Shown here one piece after another: positions 9,958 to 18,023 of a stretch of DNA of 46,502 nt. Numbering within the stretch: position 1 is the first letter of the stretch; each line of letters opens with the position of its first letter. A program made the position numbers and the translations under genes. This DNA comes from a bacterium (GTDB lineage Bacteria; JAJRZV01), in contig JAJRZV010000102.1 in NCBI GenBank assembly GCA_024275095.1, forward strand, positions 1 to 46,502, given 5' to 3'. The notes beneath the pieces are model-generated. The model worked only from the letters and a program-made list of their open reading frames with translations, was not told the origin of the DNA and did no database searches.

Positions 9958-10599
9958 ATGATGTCCAAAAAGCAACTCGAGATGATACTTGCCCGGCTGG
10001 CTGTGTTTGAACGACCACGCCTTAAACTCGAACAATACAGTACAGACGCCGGTAACGCAGCGTTTCTTGTTCATCACGCGGCTGTGTGCGGCGATGTAAA
10101 GGATAAGATAATAGTTGATCTCGGCGCGGGCACAGGCATTCTCGCTCTGGGAACACTATTCTACTCTCCGGCGGAGGTTCATCTGGTTGACACAGACCGG
10201 GAAGCCCTGGACATTGCCCGGGAAAATCTGAAACAGCTTCAACAAGAATTCAGCCTTCCACATCAAAATGTGTTTTTTCACTGCGTGGACGTCCAGAAGT
10301 TCTACCGCAAGGGACATACGGTAATCATGAATCCACCTTTTGGAAAATTTCGAAAAGGAATAGACCGCCTGTTTCTTTCAAAAGCATTCTCAATTTCCGA
10401 TGTAATCCATACCTTTACAAACACAGGAAGCCAGCCCTTTGTAGAGGCATTTGCTCGAGAACACGGATTCTGCATCACTCATCATCAAGATCGTGAAATG
10501 ATGTTACCTCACTCGTTTAAGCACCACAGTCGCAGACTCTTCCGGCAAAAAGTTGACTATTACCGGCTTGAAAAAGTCATGAAAAAAGCATCATCTTAA
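9958..10599 (+). CDS. METTL5-family (archaeal/eukaryote-type) putative N6-adenine RNA methyltransferase
   Basis: N-terminal LEQYST, SAM motif I VDLGAGTGIL, motif IV IMNPPFG, DRLFL..A, and C-terminal P.SF.HH......VD. Confidence 0.8.
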   Translation: MMSKKQLEMILARLAVFERPRLKLEQYSTDAGNAAFLVHHAAVCGDVKDKIIVDLGAGTGILALGTLFYSPAEVHLVDTDREALDIARENLKQLQQEFSLPHQNVFFHCVDVQKFYRKGHTVIMNPPFGKFRKGIDRLFLSKAFSISDVIHTFTNTGSQPFVEAFAREHGFCITHHQDREMMLPHSFKHHSRRLFRQKVDYYRLEKVMKKASS

Positions 10600-11184
10600 C
10601 CGCCACAGCACAAAAACCACCACTATCACCATTGAAGCACCTATTACTACCTTTTCAAAGTTCTTTTCCACGAATTCACCTGCCTTTTCACCCCATATAG
10701 AAAAGGGCGTGGCCAGCAGAAAGTATCGTGAACCACGGCCCGTAAGGGATGCAGCAAGGAAAAGAAACACGTCCATTTTCACTGCTCCTGATGCAATGGT
10801 AAAAACCTTATATGGCAAAGGAGTAAAGGCCGCCAGAAACACAATATAAACACCGTGAGTGGAATACAGAGACTGAAAACGGGAAAACTCTTCGTGCAGG
10901 TGAAAAAAATCTATCACCCGGATTCCCACCGTGCCCATGAAATAATGCCCGATGATATACCCTAAGAAAGCACCTGACACCGATGCCATCGTGGTAATTC
11001 CAGCAAAAAAGAAAGCGCGCCTTGGGCGTGCCAGACACATGGGCAGAAGAAGCACCTCGGGAGGAATCGGGAAAAACGAAGCTTCGGCAAAGGCCACTGC
11101 CGCCAGCGTCACCGGGCTTGCCCGGCGCCCCAGGAAATCAACTGTCCAGTAATAAACTTTTCTCAGAAACAAAAAAGGCTTCAA
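10591..11184 (-). CDS. YqaA/DedA-family (VTT domain) membrane protein
   Basis: FAEASFFPIPPEVLL, AFTPLPYKVFTIASG and GRGSRY motifs. Confidence 0.9.
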   Translation of the reverse strand: MKPFLFLRKVYYWTVDFLGRRASPVTLAAVAFAEASFFPIPPEVLLLPMCLARPRRAFFFAGITTMASVSGAFLGYIIGHYFMGTVGIRVIDFFHLHEEFSRFQSLYSTHGVYIVFLAAFTPLPYKVFTIASGAVKMDVFLFLAASLTGRGSRYFLLATPFSIWGEKAGEFVEKNFEKVVIGASMVIVVVFVLWRLR

Positions 11185-11187
11185 TTT

Positions 11188-11856
11188 TTACTGGCTCCAC
11201 CCATGCTTTCCTATAAGTTTCACAAACACGCACCCCCCAAGGTTCTGTATAAACACCTGGCCTTCCCGTTTCTCAACAAGCAGAAGGTCCTGTCCCATAC
11301 GATCACCTACCGGAATAACCAGCCTGCCCCCATCGGCAAGCTGGTTAACGAGCGGTTGAGGGATTTCAGGAGCACCCGCTGTCACAATAATTCCGTCAAA
11401 TGGAGCCGCCTCTGGCCAGCCCAGCGTGCCGTCTCCTACTCTTATGTAAAACCTGGAATAACCCAGAGCCTCCAGCTGTTTCTTCGCCTTTTCCGCAAGC
11501 TCCTGGACACGTTCAATGGAATACACCTCAGCACCTGCCTCCAGCAACACGGCGGTCTGATACCCCGACCCCGTACCAATTTCCAGCACCTTCATTCCAG
11601 TGCGTGGCGCCAGAGCTTCTGTCATGAACGCAACCATGTATGGCTGGGATATGGTCTGTCCGTGACCTATTGGGAGCGGGTGGTCATCGTAAGCCTGTGA
11701 ACGCACGGACTCCGGCACAAACAAGTGGCGGGGAACATTTCTCATTGCTTTGAGCACAACAGGATTTGTTACACCACGATTTCTTATCTGAGTCTCCACC
11801 ATTTGATGGCGCAATCGTGCGTAATACTTCTCTTTATCAGAATTTTTCGAGCTCAT
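11188..11856 (-). CDS. pcm: Protein-L-isoaspartate O-methyltransferase
   Basis: VPRHLFV, GQTISQPY, VLEIGTGSGYQ and APFDGIIVTA motifs. ATG at 11856 chosen as start. Confidence 0.95.
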   Translation of the reverse strand: MSSKNSDKEKYYARLRHQMVETQIRNRGVTNPVVLKAMRNVPRHLFVPESVRSQAYDDHPLPIGHGQTISQPYMVAFMTEALAPRTGMKVLEIGTGSGYQTAVLLEAGAEVYSIERVQELAEKAKKQLEALGYSRFYIRVGDGTLGWPEAAPFDGIIVTAGAPEIPQPLVNQLADGGRLVIPVGDRMGQDLLLVEKREGQVFIQNLGGCVFVKLIGKHGWSQ

Positions 11857-12601
11857 TTTTCCAGTCCTCAAGTATCCGGAGTGATTCGCGGTGGGTAAGA
11901 TCCAGGTGGAGTGGAGTTACTGAAATATATCTCCTCAAAACCATTACGATATCTGAGTTTTCTATGTACTCAAACCCGAGTTCATCTCCCCCTATCCAGT
12001 AATATTTTCTGCCACGTGGGTCAACTTTTTCCACAATGGCTTCACCATACTTACGCCGCCCCTGGACTGTAAACGCTACACCTTTTATTTCTGAGACGCT
12101 ACTTACGGGAGGGACATTCACATTGAGAAATACTCCCTCAGATGGCATACCATGTCTGAAGACAATTTCAGCAAGGCGCCTGGCGAACTGCCCGGCAGGG
12201 GTATAATTCAGGTTTTCCCTTCCCGCAAGGGATATGGAAAAAGCAGGAATGCCAAGAAGTGTTGCTTCCATTGCCGCGGAGACAGTACCACTGTACGTCA
12301 CATCATCTCCAAGGTTGCCTCCCCTGTTGATACCAGAAGCAACAAGATCGGGACGAAATTTCAGGAGTCCATTCACCGCGATATTCACACAATCAGCAGG
12401 CGTTCCATCCACGGCAAATGTTCTTTCATCCACTTCTGTCACGCGTAAAGGCCGATGTAAAGTTATTGCGTGAGACGAGGCGGACTGCTCCCTGTCAGGA
12501 GCCACGATCCAGACTTCGCCCAGCTCTTCGAGCGATTCAGCGAGGCAGCGTAATCCTTCTGCATAAATACCATCGTCATTGGTTACCAGTATCCGCCTCA
12601 T
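11837..12601 (-). CDS. surE: 5'/3'-nucleotidase SurE
   Basis: ILVTNDDG, GTPADCV and SGINRGGNLGDDVTYSGTV motifs. ATG at 12601 preceded by CAGGAG. Confidence 0.95.
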   Translation of the reverse strand: MRRILVTNDDGIYAEGLRCLAESLEELGEVWIVAPDREQSASSHAITLHRPLRVTEVDERTFAVDGTPADCVNIAVNGLLKFRPDLVASGINRGGNLGDDVTYSGTVSAAMEATLLGIPAFSISLAGRENLNYTPAGQFARRLAEIVFRHGMPSEGVFLNVNVPPVSSVSEIKGVAFTVQGRRKYGEAIVEKVDPRGRKYYWIGGDELGFEYIENSDIVMVLRRYISVTPLHLDLTHRESLRILEDWKNELEKF

Positions 12602-12652
12602 CGGATGAACAGCTCCTGAAGTTTTCCGTGAAAATTCATGCATATAAAAAAA

Positions 12653-12728
12653 TGGTCGGGGTGAGCCGACTTGAACGGCCGACCTCTCGCACCCTAAGCG
12701 AGTGCGCTAACCCCTGCGCCACACCCCG
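12653..12728 (-). tRNA. tRNA-Pro with anticodon AGG
   Basis: 76-nt cloverleaf: CGGGGTG TG GCGC-AGGGGTTA-GCGC A CTCGC-TTAGGGT-GCGAG AGGTC GGCCG-TTCAAGT-CGGCT CACCCCG A CCA. C1-G72, A73 and G35/G36 are Pro identity elements. Anticodon at 12695-12693. Confidence 0.93.
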
Positions 12729-12820
12729 ACGCGGAAATTATTATAACAAACCCATCGCTTTTGGTTAATAGCTCCTCAACTGTTGTACCGATTACTGCCC
12801 GCAGAATGCTTACACAAAGC

Positions 12821-13195
12821 TTAATGCGAAATCTGAGCTTCAAGAGAGTCTATATTTTTTTCCACAACCCTCACCAGCTGCTCCAGCTTCTCCCGCACTT
12901 TTTTAAGGCGACCAGCAAGCGTTTGTCGCGAGTGTTTTTCACTTCCACCCCATTTCTCTTCCAGTTTCTTTCTGGCACCTTTAATTGTGAAATTTTCCTC
13001 ATAAAGGAGCTTTTTAATTTCCATTACAAGTTCCAGATCCTTCTTTTTGTAAAGTCGCCGGTTGGCCCGATCCTTTATCGGACGAAGCATGGGAAATTCA
13101 GTCTCCCAGTATCTGAGCACGTGAGCCTTTATTCCCGTAATGCGGGAGACCTCGCTGATGTTGTAGTACAGTTTATCTTTGGGAAACGCTTTCAT
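12821..13195 (-). CDS. MerR-family HTH regulator
   Basis: KLYYNISEVS...HVLRYWETEF...RRLY; conserved position after ihfA. ATG at 13195. Confidence 0.9.
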   Translation of the reverse strand: MKAFPKDKLYYNISEVSRITGIKAHVLRYWETEFPMLRPIKDRANRRLYKKKDLELVMEIKKLLYEENFTIKGARKKLEEKWGGSEKHSRQTLAGRLKKVREKLEQLVRVVEKNIDSLEAQISH

Positions 13196-13463
13196 TGAGT
13201 CGTTTTTTAAGAAGCGGACTTGTCCTGAAAACAAGGACGCGACGCTCAGAAATGGTCATGCTTTCATTTGTTTGAGGATTGCGTCCTCTGCGAGGTTTCT
13301 TGTGGCGCACTTCGAAAATGCCGAAACCTGATAGTTTCAATCTTCCTTCTTTTACAAGCACTTCTTTCATCGTTTCGAACACCAGATCCACAAGTTCCTG
13401 GCACTCTTTTTTGGAGAATCCGATTTTTTCATTAAGAATTTTAACCAGTTCTGCCTTCGTCAT
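13173..13463 (-). CDS. ihfA: Integration host factor subunit alpha
   Basis: MTKAEL...LSGFGIF...RRGRNPQT; directly downstream of pheT. Confidence 0.93.
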   Translation of the reverse strand: MTKAELVKILNEKIGFSKKECQELVDLVFETMKEVLVKEGRLKLSGFGIFEVRHKKPRRGRNPQTNESMTISERRVLVFRTSPLLKKRLNESVSQR

Positions 13464-13473
13464 CCCGTCCTCC

Positions 13474-15873
13474 TTATCTCAAAGAGGCATTAAATTCCTT
13501 TTGAGCCATTTTAATAATAGACTCAAAAATACTCGAAATTTCTTCGGAACTCAAGGTTTTTTTCAGGCTTCTGAACCAAATCTGAAAGGTCACGCTCATG
13601 CGTCCTTGAGGGATGGCACCACCCCTGTATATGTCATAAAGCCACACTTTCCATATATAAGGCGAAACCTCATATATCCGCCTGATCATTGCTTCCACGT
13701 TTTCGCTCTCGTCAATTACAAAAGAAAGATCGCGGATCGCAGGTGGAAAACGAGGCACCTCTCTTGCTGCGTAGTGGCGTGCCTCTACAAGAGTAAGTAC
13801 CTGTTCCATATCTATTTCAGCCACAACTACTCCAGACTCAAGCTCAAGCGAACTTGCAAATTGAGGATGTAGCTCTCCAAATACAGCCACAGGCCTGCCT
13901 TCCTCTGTTTCCATCCGTGCACTTTTGGCTGGATGAAAAAGATTCCCGTGCTGAAGCCTGGTATTTGTTCGCAGGGTTGAGGGAATAACACCAACGCTCA
14001 TGAGCACGCTCTCCACAACACCCTTCACAGTAAAGAAATCAACCTCATGCACCTCATCTGTCCAGGAAATGCCAGGATACCGACCCGAGAGAATCAATCC
14101 CAGGTGTTCACGTTCTTGGAATACTGAACCATCACTGTAAAAAACGCGACCAATCTCGAATAATGCAACATTGCGTCGCAAGTTACGATGATTTTTTGAA
14201 AGGGCTCTTACAAGACCCGAGATAAGATTCATTCTCAAACATGGCTCCTCTTTAGAAAGCGGATTTTCCAGAGTCACTGGAAATGAAATGCCATCTTCAT
14301 TGAAAAAGTAAAAATTTTCTCCTGGATTTTTGGAAGTAAAAATGTACGTCATGGTTTCAAAAAAACCGAGACTCGCAAAATGCTGTTTAACACGCCTGAA
14401 GCAGGTAATACGTGAAGGAAGGCGAAAAGCACCAATTTGAACAGGGCTGAGTGCTTCTGGAACAGCATCGTATCCTCTAATTCGCAAAAGTTCCTCAACC
14501 ACATCCGAGTCCATCTGGACGTCATGCCTGTATGACGGAGGTGAGACCTTAATCGCTTCCTCCTGGACTTCCACCTGGAAATTTAATCGTTTGAGAATAT
14601 CTTCCATCTCTTCGAGGGAGAATTTCACACCCGTTGAGCGCTGGACAAAATCTCTTGAAACAAGAATCGTCGGACGCTCAATGGGGTTTGGGAAATTATC
14701 CAATGGACGAGCGGCTTTTCCTCCACAAATTCTTTCCATCAGATGCGCGGCGCGCCTCAACCCTTTCTCCACTCCAGCAAGATCCACCTTTCTCTCGAAC
14801 CGAAAAGACGATTCAGAAGATATACGATATCGACGGGACGTACGCCTGACAGACGAGGGCTCGAACCACGCGCTCTCGAGAAAAATCTGGACGGTCCCCT
14901 CATCCACAGCCGAGGCCTCACCACCCATCACACCTGCAAGTGCTACCGGCCCTTTTTCGTCAGCAATAACGAGATCTTCCTCGGTCAGCTCCAGATGTGA
15001 ACCGTCAAGCAAAAGGAGTTTCTCACCGGGTCTGGCAAAGCGCACATGAATATCACCTTCCAGCCTTGTCAGATCAAATGCGTGCAAAGGTTGACCCAGT
15101 TCCATGAGCACATAGTTGGTAATATCCACTGTATTGAGAATAGGCCTGAGCCCCATCTTTATTAATCGAGCCTTCATCCACGCAGGTGACTCTCCGCACT
15201 TAATATCAGTAATAATCAGGCCCATGTATCTGCGACAGTAAAACCCGTTATCAATATGTACATCCTTGTGAATTTCTACAGGATGTTCTGTAAAGGAAAT
15301 ATCGGGTTCTTTAAAATCGCGTCCTATAACAGCCGCTATCTCCCGGGCCATGCCCAGATGACTGAGCACATCACCACGGTTGGGAGTTACTGCAATCTCG
15401 AAAAGCGTGTCTTTAAACTCAAGTGCTTCCACCATATCAGACCCGTCAGGAGTACCGTCATTAAGCCTCATAACCCCGGGAGACTTTTCCTCAAGCCCCA
15501 GTTCTTCAGGAGAACACAACATGCCCTCTGATAAAACATCGCGGATCTTGCGGGCCTCTATTGCTGCTCCACCTTTGATGCGTGCACCAGGAGGTGCAAA
15601 CGGGCAGACATCGCCCTCTGATACGGAAAGGTCACCACAAATAATTTCGTATTCTTTTGGTCCAGCCTTTACTTTGAGCACGTGTAGCTTATCCGCCTGC
15701 GGATGGGGCGCTACTGAAAGCACCTTTGCCGCGATTACGCCTTCTATACCATCTCCCAGCACTTCATAACCCTCTACCTCAAAGCCTGCCATGGTCAAAG
15801 CGCGTGCCAGTTCTTCATCCTCCATGTCAGAAATATCCACGAAATCACATATCCAGCGGCGGCTGATCTTCAT
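13474..15873 (-). CDS. pheT: Phenylalanine-tRNA ligase beta subunit
   Basis: TPNRGDVLSH, TNYVLMELGQPLHAFD and RDLSF motifs; 799 aa. Confidence 0.97.
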   Translation of the reverse strand: MKISRRWICDFVDISDMEDEELARALTMAGFEVEGYEVLGDGIEGVIAAKVLSVAPHPQADKLHVLKVKAGPKEYEIICGDLSVSEGDVCPFAPPGARIKGGAAIEARKIRDVLSEGMLCSPEELGLEEKSPGVMRLNDGTPDGSDMVEALEFKDTLFEIAVTPNRGDVLSHLGMAREIAAVIGRDFKEPDISFTEHPVEIHKDVHIDNGFYCRRYMGLIITDIKCGESPAWMKARLIKMGLRPILNTVDITNYVLMELGQPLHAFDLTRLEGDIHVRFARPGEKLLLLDGSHLELTEEDLVIADEKGPVALAGVMGGEASAVDEGTVQIFLESAWFEPSSVRRTSRRYRISSESSFRFERKVDLAGVEKGLRRAAHLMERICGGKAARPLDNFPNPIERPTILVSRDFVQRSTGVKFSLEEMEDILKRLNFQVEVQEEAIKVSPPSYRHDVQMDSDVVEELLRIRGYDAVPEALSPVQIGAFRLPSRITCFRRVKQHFASLGFFETMTYIFTSKNPGENFYFFNEDGISFPVTLENPLSKEEPCLRMNLISGLVRALSKNHRNLRRNVALFEIGRVFYSDGSVFQEREHLGLILSGRYPGISWTDEVHEVDFFTVKGVVESVLMSVGVIPSTLRTNTRLQHGNLFHPAKSARMETEEGRPVAVFGELHPQFASSLELESGVVVAEIDMEQVLTLVEARHYAAREVPRFPPAIRDLSFVIDESENVEAMIRRIYEVSPYIWKVWLYDIYRGGAIPQGRMSVTFQIWFRSLKKTLSSEEISSIFESIIKMAQKEFNASLR

Positions 15874-16898
15874 CGAAACTGTTCCAGAAAGTCAAGATTT
15901 CCTTCGTAAAATAACCGAATATCAGAAATGGAATACTTCAGCATGGTAAGACGTTCCACACCCACACCAAAGGCAAAGCCGGAAAATTTCTCGGGATCAA
16001 GATGCACATTTTTCAACACTTCTGGATGAATCATGCCGCAACCCATCACCTCAATCCAGCCTTCTCCGCATATACGGCAACCTTCGCCACCGCAAAAAAC
16101 GCATCCAATATCTACTTCTGCACTGGGTTCAGTGAAAGGGAAGTAACTTGGCCTGAATCGTACGGGAATATCCAGGAGAAAGAATGTTCTGAGAAACTCG
16201 GATATCACCCCTTTTAAATGCGCAAAGGAGATGTCCACATCCACAGCAAAACCCTCTACCTGATGAAACATGGGGCTGTGTGACACATCGAAATCCCGGC
16301 GGTACACCCGACCGGGAGCTATTACCTTCAGAGGCGGCGTTTTTACCTCCATTACGCGTATCTGAACAGGAGAAGTATGCGTCCGCAAGAGAAACCTGCC
16401 CCCTTCAATGTAAAATGTGTCCTGCATATCTCTCGCGGGATGGTCCTTGGGGATATTGAGGCCTTCAAAATTGTGATAGTCATCTTCAATTTCCGGGCCT
16501 TCCTCCACTTCAAACCCCATGGAAAGGAAAATATCTATTATCTCGTCCATTACCCTGGAGATGGGATGTACCGCACCCACAGGAAAGGGTCTTCCAGGAA
16601 GGTGAACATTGACCTTTTCTTCCAGGAGTTTACGTTGAACCTTTTCTTCTTGAAGCTCCCGAAGCCTTCGCGTAATTCCGTTCGTAACCTTTTCTTTGAG
16701 TTGATTAACTGCCCTACCGTAATCTTTTCTTTTAGCAGGATCTATCTGTGGTATGGCTTTGAGAAGCCCTGTAACAAGGCCTTCCTTGCGACCCAAATAC
16801 TTAACTTTCAGACGTTCAAGCTCACTTTCGTGCGATGCATTCTTTATATCGTGCTCAAACTCTTCCTCAATGCGTTTGATGGCCTCGTATTCATCCAC
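15870..16898 (-). CDS. pheS: Phenylalanine-tRNA ligase alpha subunit
   Basis: HPARDMQDTFY, LRTHTSPVQ and FRPSYFPFTEPS motifs. Confidence 0.97.
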   Translation of the reverse strand: MDEYEAIKRIEEEFEHDIKNASHESELERLKVKYLGRKEGLVTGLLKAIPQIDPAKRKDYGRAVNQLKEKVTNGITRRLRELQEEKVQRKLLEEKVNVHLPGRPFPVGAVHPISRVMDEIIDIFLSMGFEVEEGPEIEDDYHNFEGLNIPKDHPARDMQDTFYIEGGRFLLRTHTSPVQIRVMEVKTPPLKVIAPGRVYRRDFDVSHSPMFHQVEGFAVDVDISFAHLKGVISEFLRTFFLLDIPVRFRPSYFPFTEPSAEVDIGCVFCGGEGCRICGEGWIEVMGCGMIHPEVLKNVHLDPEKFSGFAFGVGVERLTMLKYSISDIRLFYEGNLDFLEQFR

Positions 16899-16914
16899 CT
16901 CAAAGCTCCCCTGT

Positions 16915-17268
16915 TCAGGCCTGCGAACGAGCCAGCTCTACCACCTGTTTGAATCCCTCCGGGTCGTAAACAGCCATCTGGGCAAGAGTTTTTCTGTTAA
17001 GTTCAACGCCAGCTTTTTTAAGAGCGCCCATAAACTGGCTGTAGGTGAGGCCGTACTCCCTTACCGCCGCGTTAATCCGGATAATCCACAGCCTGCGAAA
17101 ATCGCGTTTTCGCAGCTTTCTACCAACATACGCGTATTGCATGGAGCGTTCCACCTGCTCTTTAGCCCGCCTGAAAACATTTTTCTTCTGGCCATAGTAG
17201 CCTTTCGCCATTTTTATGATTTTTTTATGTCTGCGTCGTGTCTTAAAACCACCTTTTGCTCTCGGCAT
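16915..17268 (-). CDS. rplT: 50S ribosomal protein L20
   Basis: MPRAKGG...[16 protein letters not shown]. Confidence 0.97.
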   Translation of the reverse strand: MPRAKGGFKTRRRHKKIIKMAKGYYGQKKNVFRRAKEQVERSMQYAYVGRKLRKRDFRRLWIIRINAAVREYGLTYSQFMGALKKAGVELNRKTLAQMAVYDPEGFKQVVELARSQA

Positions 17269-17295
17269 GGTAATTTACCTCCAACAAATGTGTTT

Positions 17296-17496
17296 TTATC
17301 CCGAATACGGAAGAGCGGACCGAATTTTGGGGTCCCAGCTTCCGTTGACAGGTTTCCACTTACTCAAGCGTTTTTTGCGCTTCCTGCGCTTCTTTGTAAG
17401 AATGTGACTTTTACCCGATTGCATCCGCATAAACCTGCCACTGCCTGTTACTTTGATGCGTTTTTTCACTGCACGGCGTGTCTTGAGCTTGGGCAT
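17296..17496 (-). CDS. rpmI: 50S ribosomal protein L35
   Basis: MPKLKT...SHILTKK; lies between infC and rplT. Confidence 0.95.
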   Translation of the reverse strand: MPKLKTRRAVKKRIKVTGSGRFMRMQSGKSHILTKKRRKRKKRLSKWKPVNGSWDPKIRSALPYSG

Positions 17497-17498
17497 GT

Positions 17499-18020
17499 TC
17501 AACCTCCCTTTTTGGTAGGCGAAAGAACAAAAGTAATCGTTCGCCCTTCAAATGAAGGTTCTTTCTCTACACGAGCAAGGTCTCGAACCTCCTCTATTAC
17601 TCTGTCAATCACCCTGTTTGCCATCTCTTTGTGTGCCAGTTCACGCCCCCTGAAGAATATGGTTACCTTTACCTTGTCGCCATCGGAGAGAAACTTTCTA
17701 ATATGTTTGATTTTAAATTGCAAGTCATGTTCATCAGTTTTGGGCCTGAATTTCATCTCCTTAACAAGAACTCTGTGCTGTCTTTTCTTAGCCTCCTTCA
17801 GCTTCTTTTTCATTTCGTACTTAAACTTCCCGTAGTCCATAATTTTACACACTGGTGGGTTGGCCATTGGTGCCACCTCCACCAGATCAAGACCGTAATC
17901 ATCAGCCATTTTAAGAGCCTCTGTTAGTGGCATGATACCCAGCTGTTTTCCCTCCGGATTCACAACCCTCACCTCTTTCGCCCTGATCTCCTCATTGATG
18001 CGATATTCTTTGAGTTCCAT
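17499..18020 (-). CDS. infC: Translation initiation factor IF-3
   Basis: INEEIRA, DLVEVAP, PPVCKIMDYGKFKYE and FRGRE motifs. Confidence 0.97.
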   Translation of the reverse strand: MELKEYRINEEIRAKEVRVVNPEGKQLGIMPLTEALKMADDYGLDLVEVAPMANPPVCKIMDYGKFKYEMKKKLKEAKKRQHRVLVKEMKFRPKTDEHDLQFKIKHIRKFLSDGDKVKVTIFFRGRELAHKEMANRVIDRVIEEVRDLARVEKEPSFEGRTITFVLSPTKKGG

Positions 18021-18023
18021 TAT

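Noticed and set aside
9958-12728. Functional link between the METTL5-like enzyme and tRNA-Pro(AGG)
   Set aside because: Only proximity supports it. The tRNA has G37 rather than A37, and the tRNA position is the usual one for this locus.
16753-17835. 360-aa plus-strand ORF
   Set aside because: Antisense shadow of infC-rpmI-rplT-pheS.
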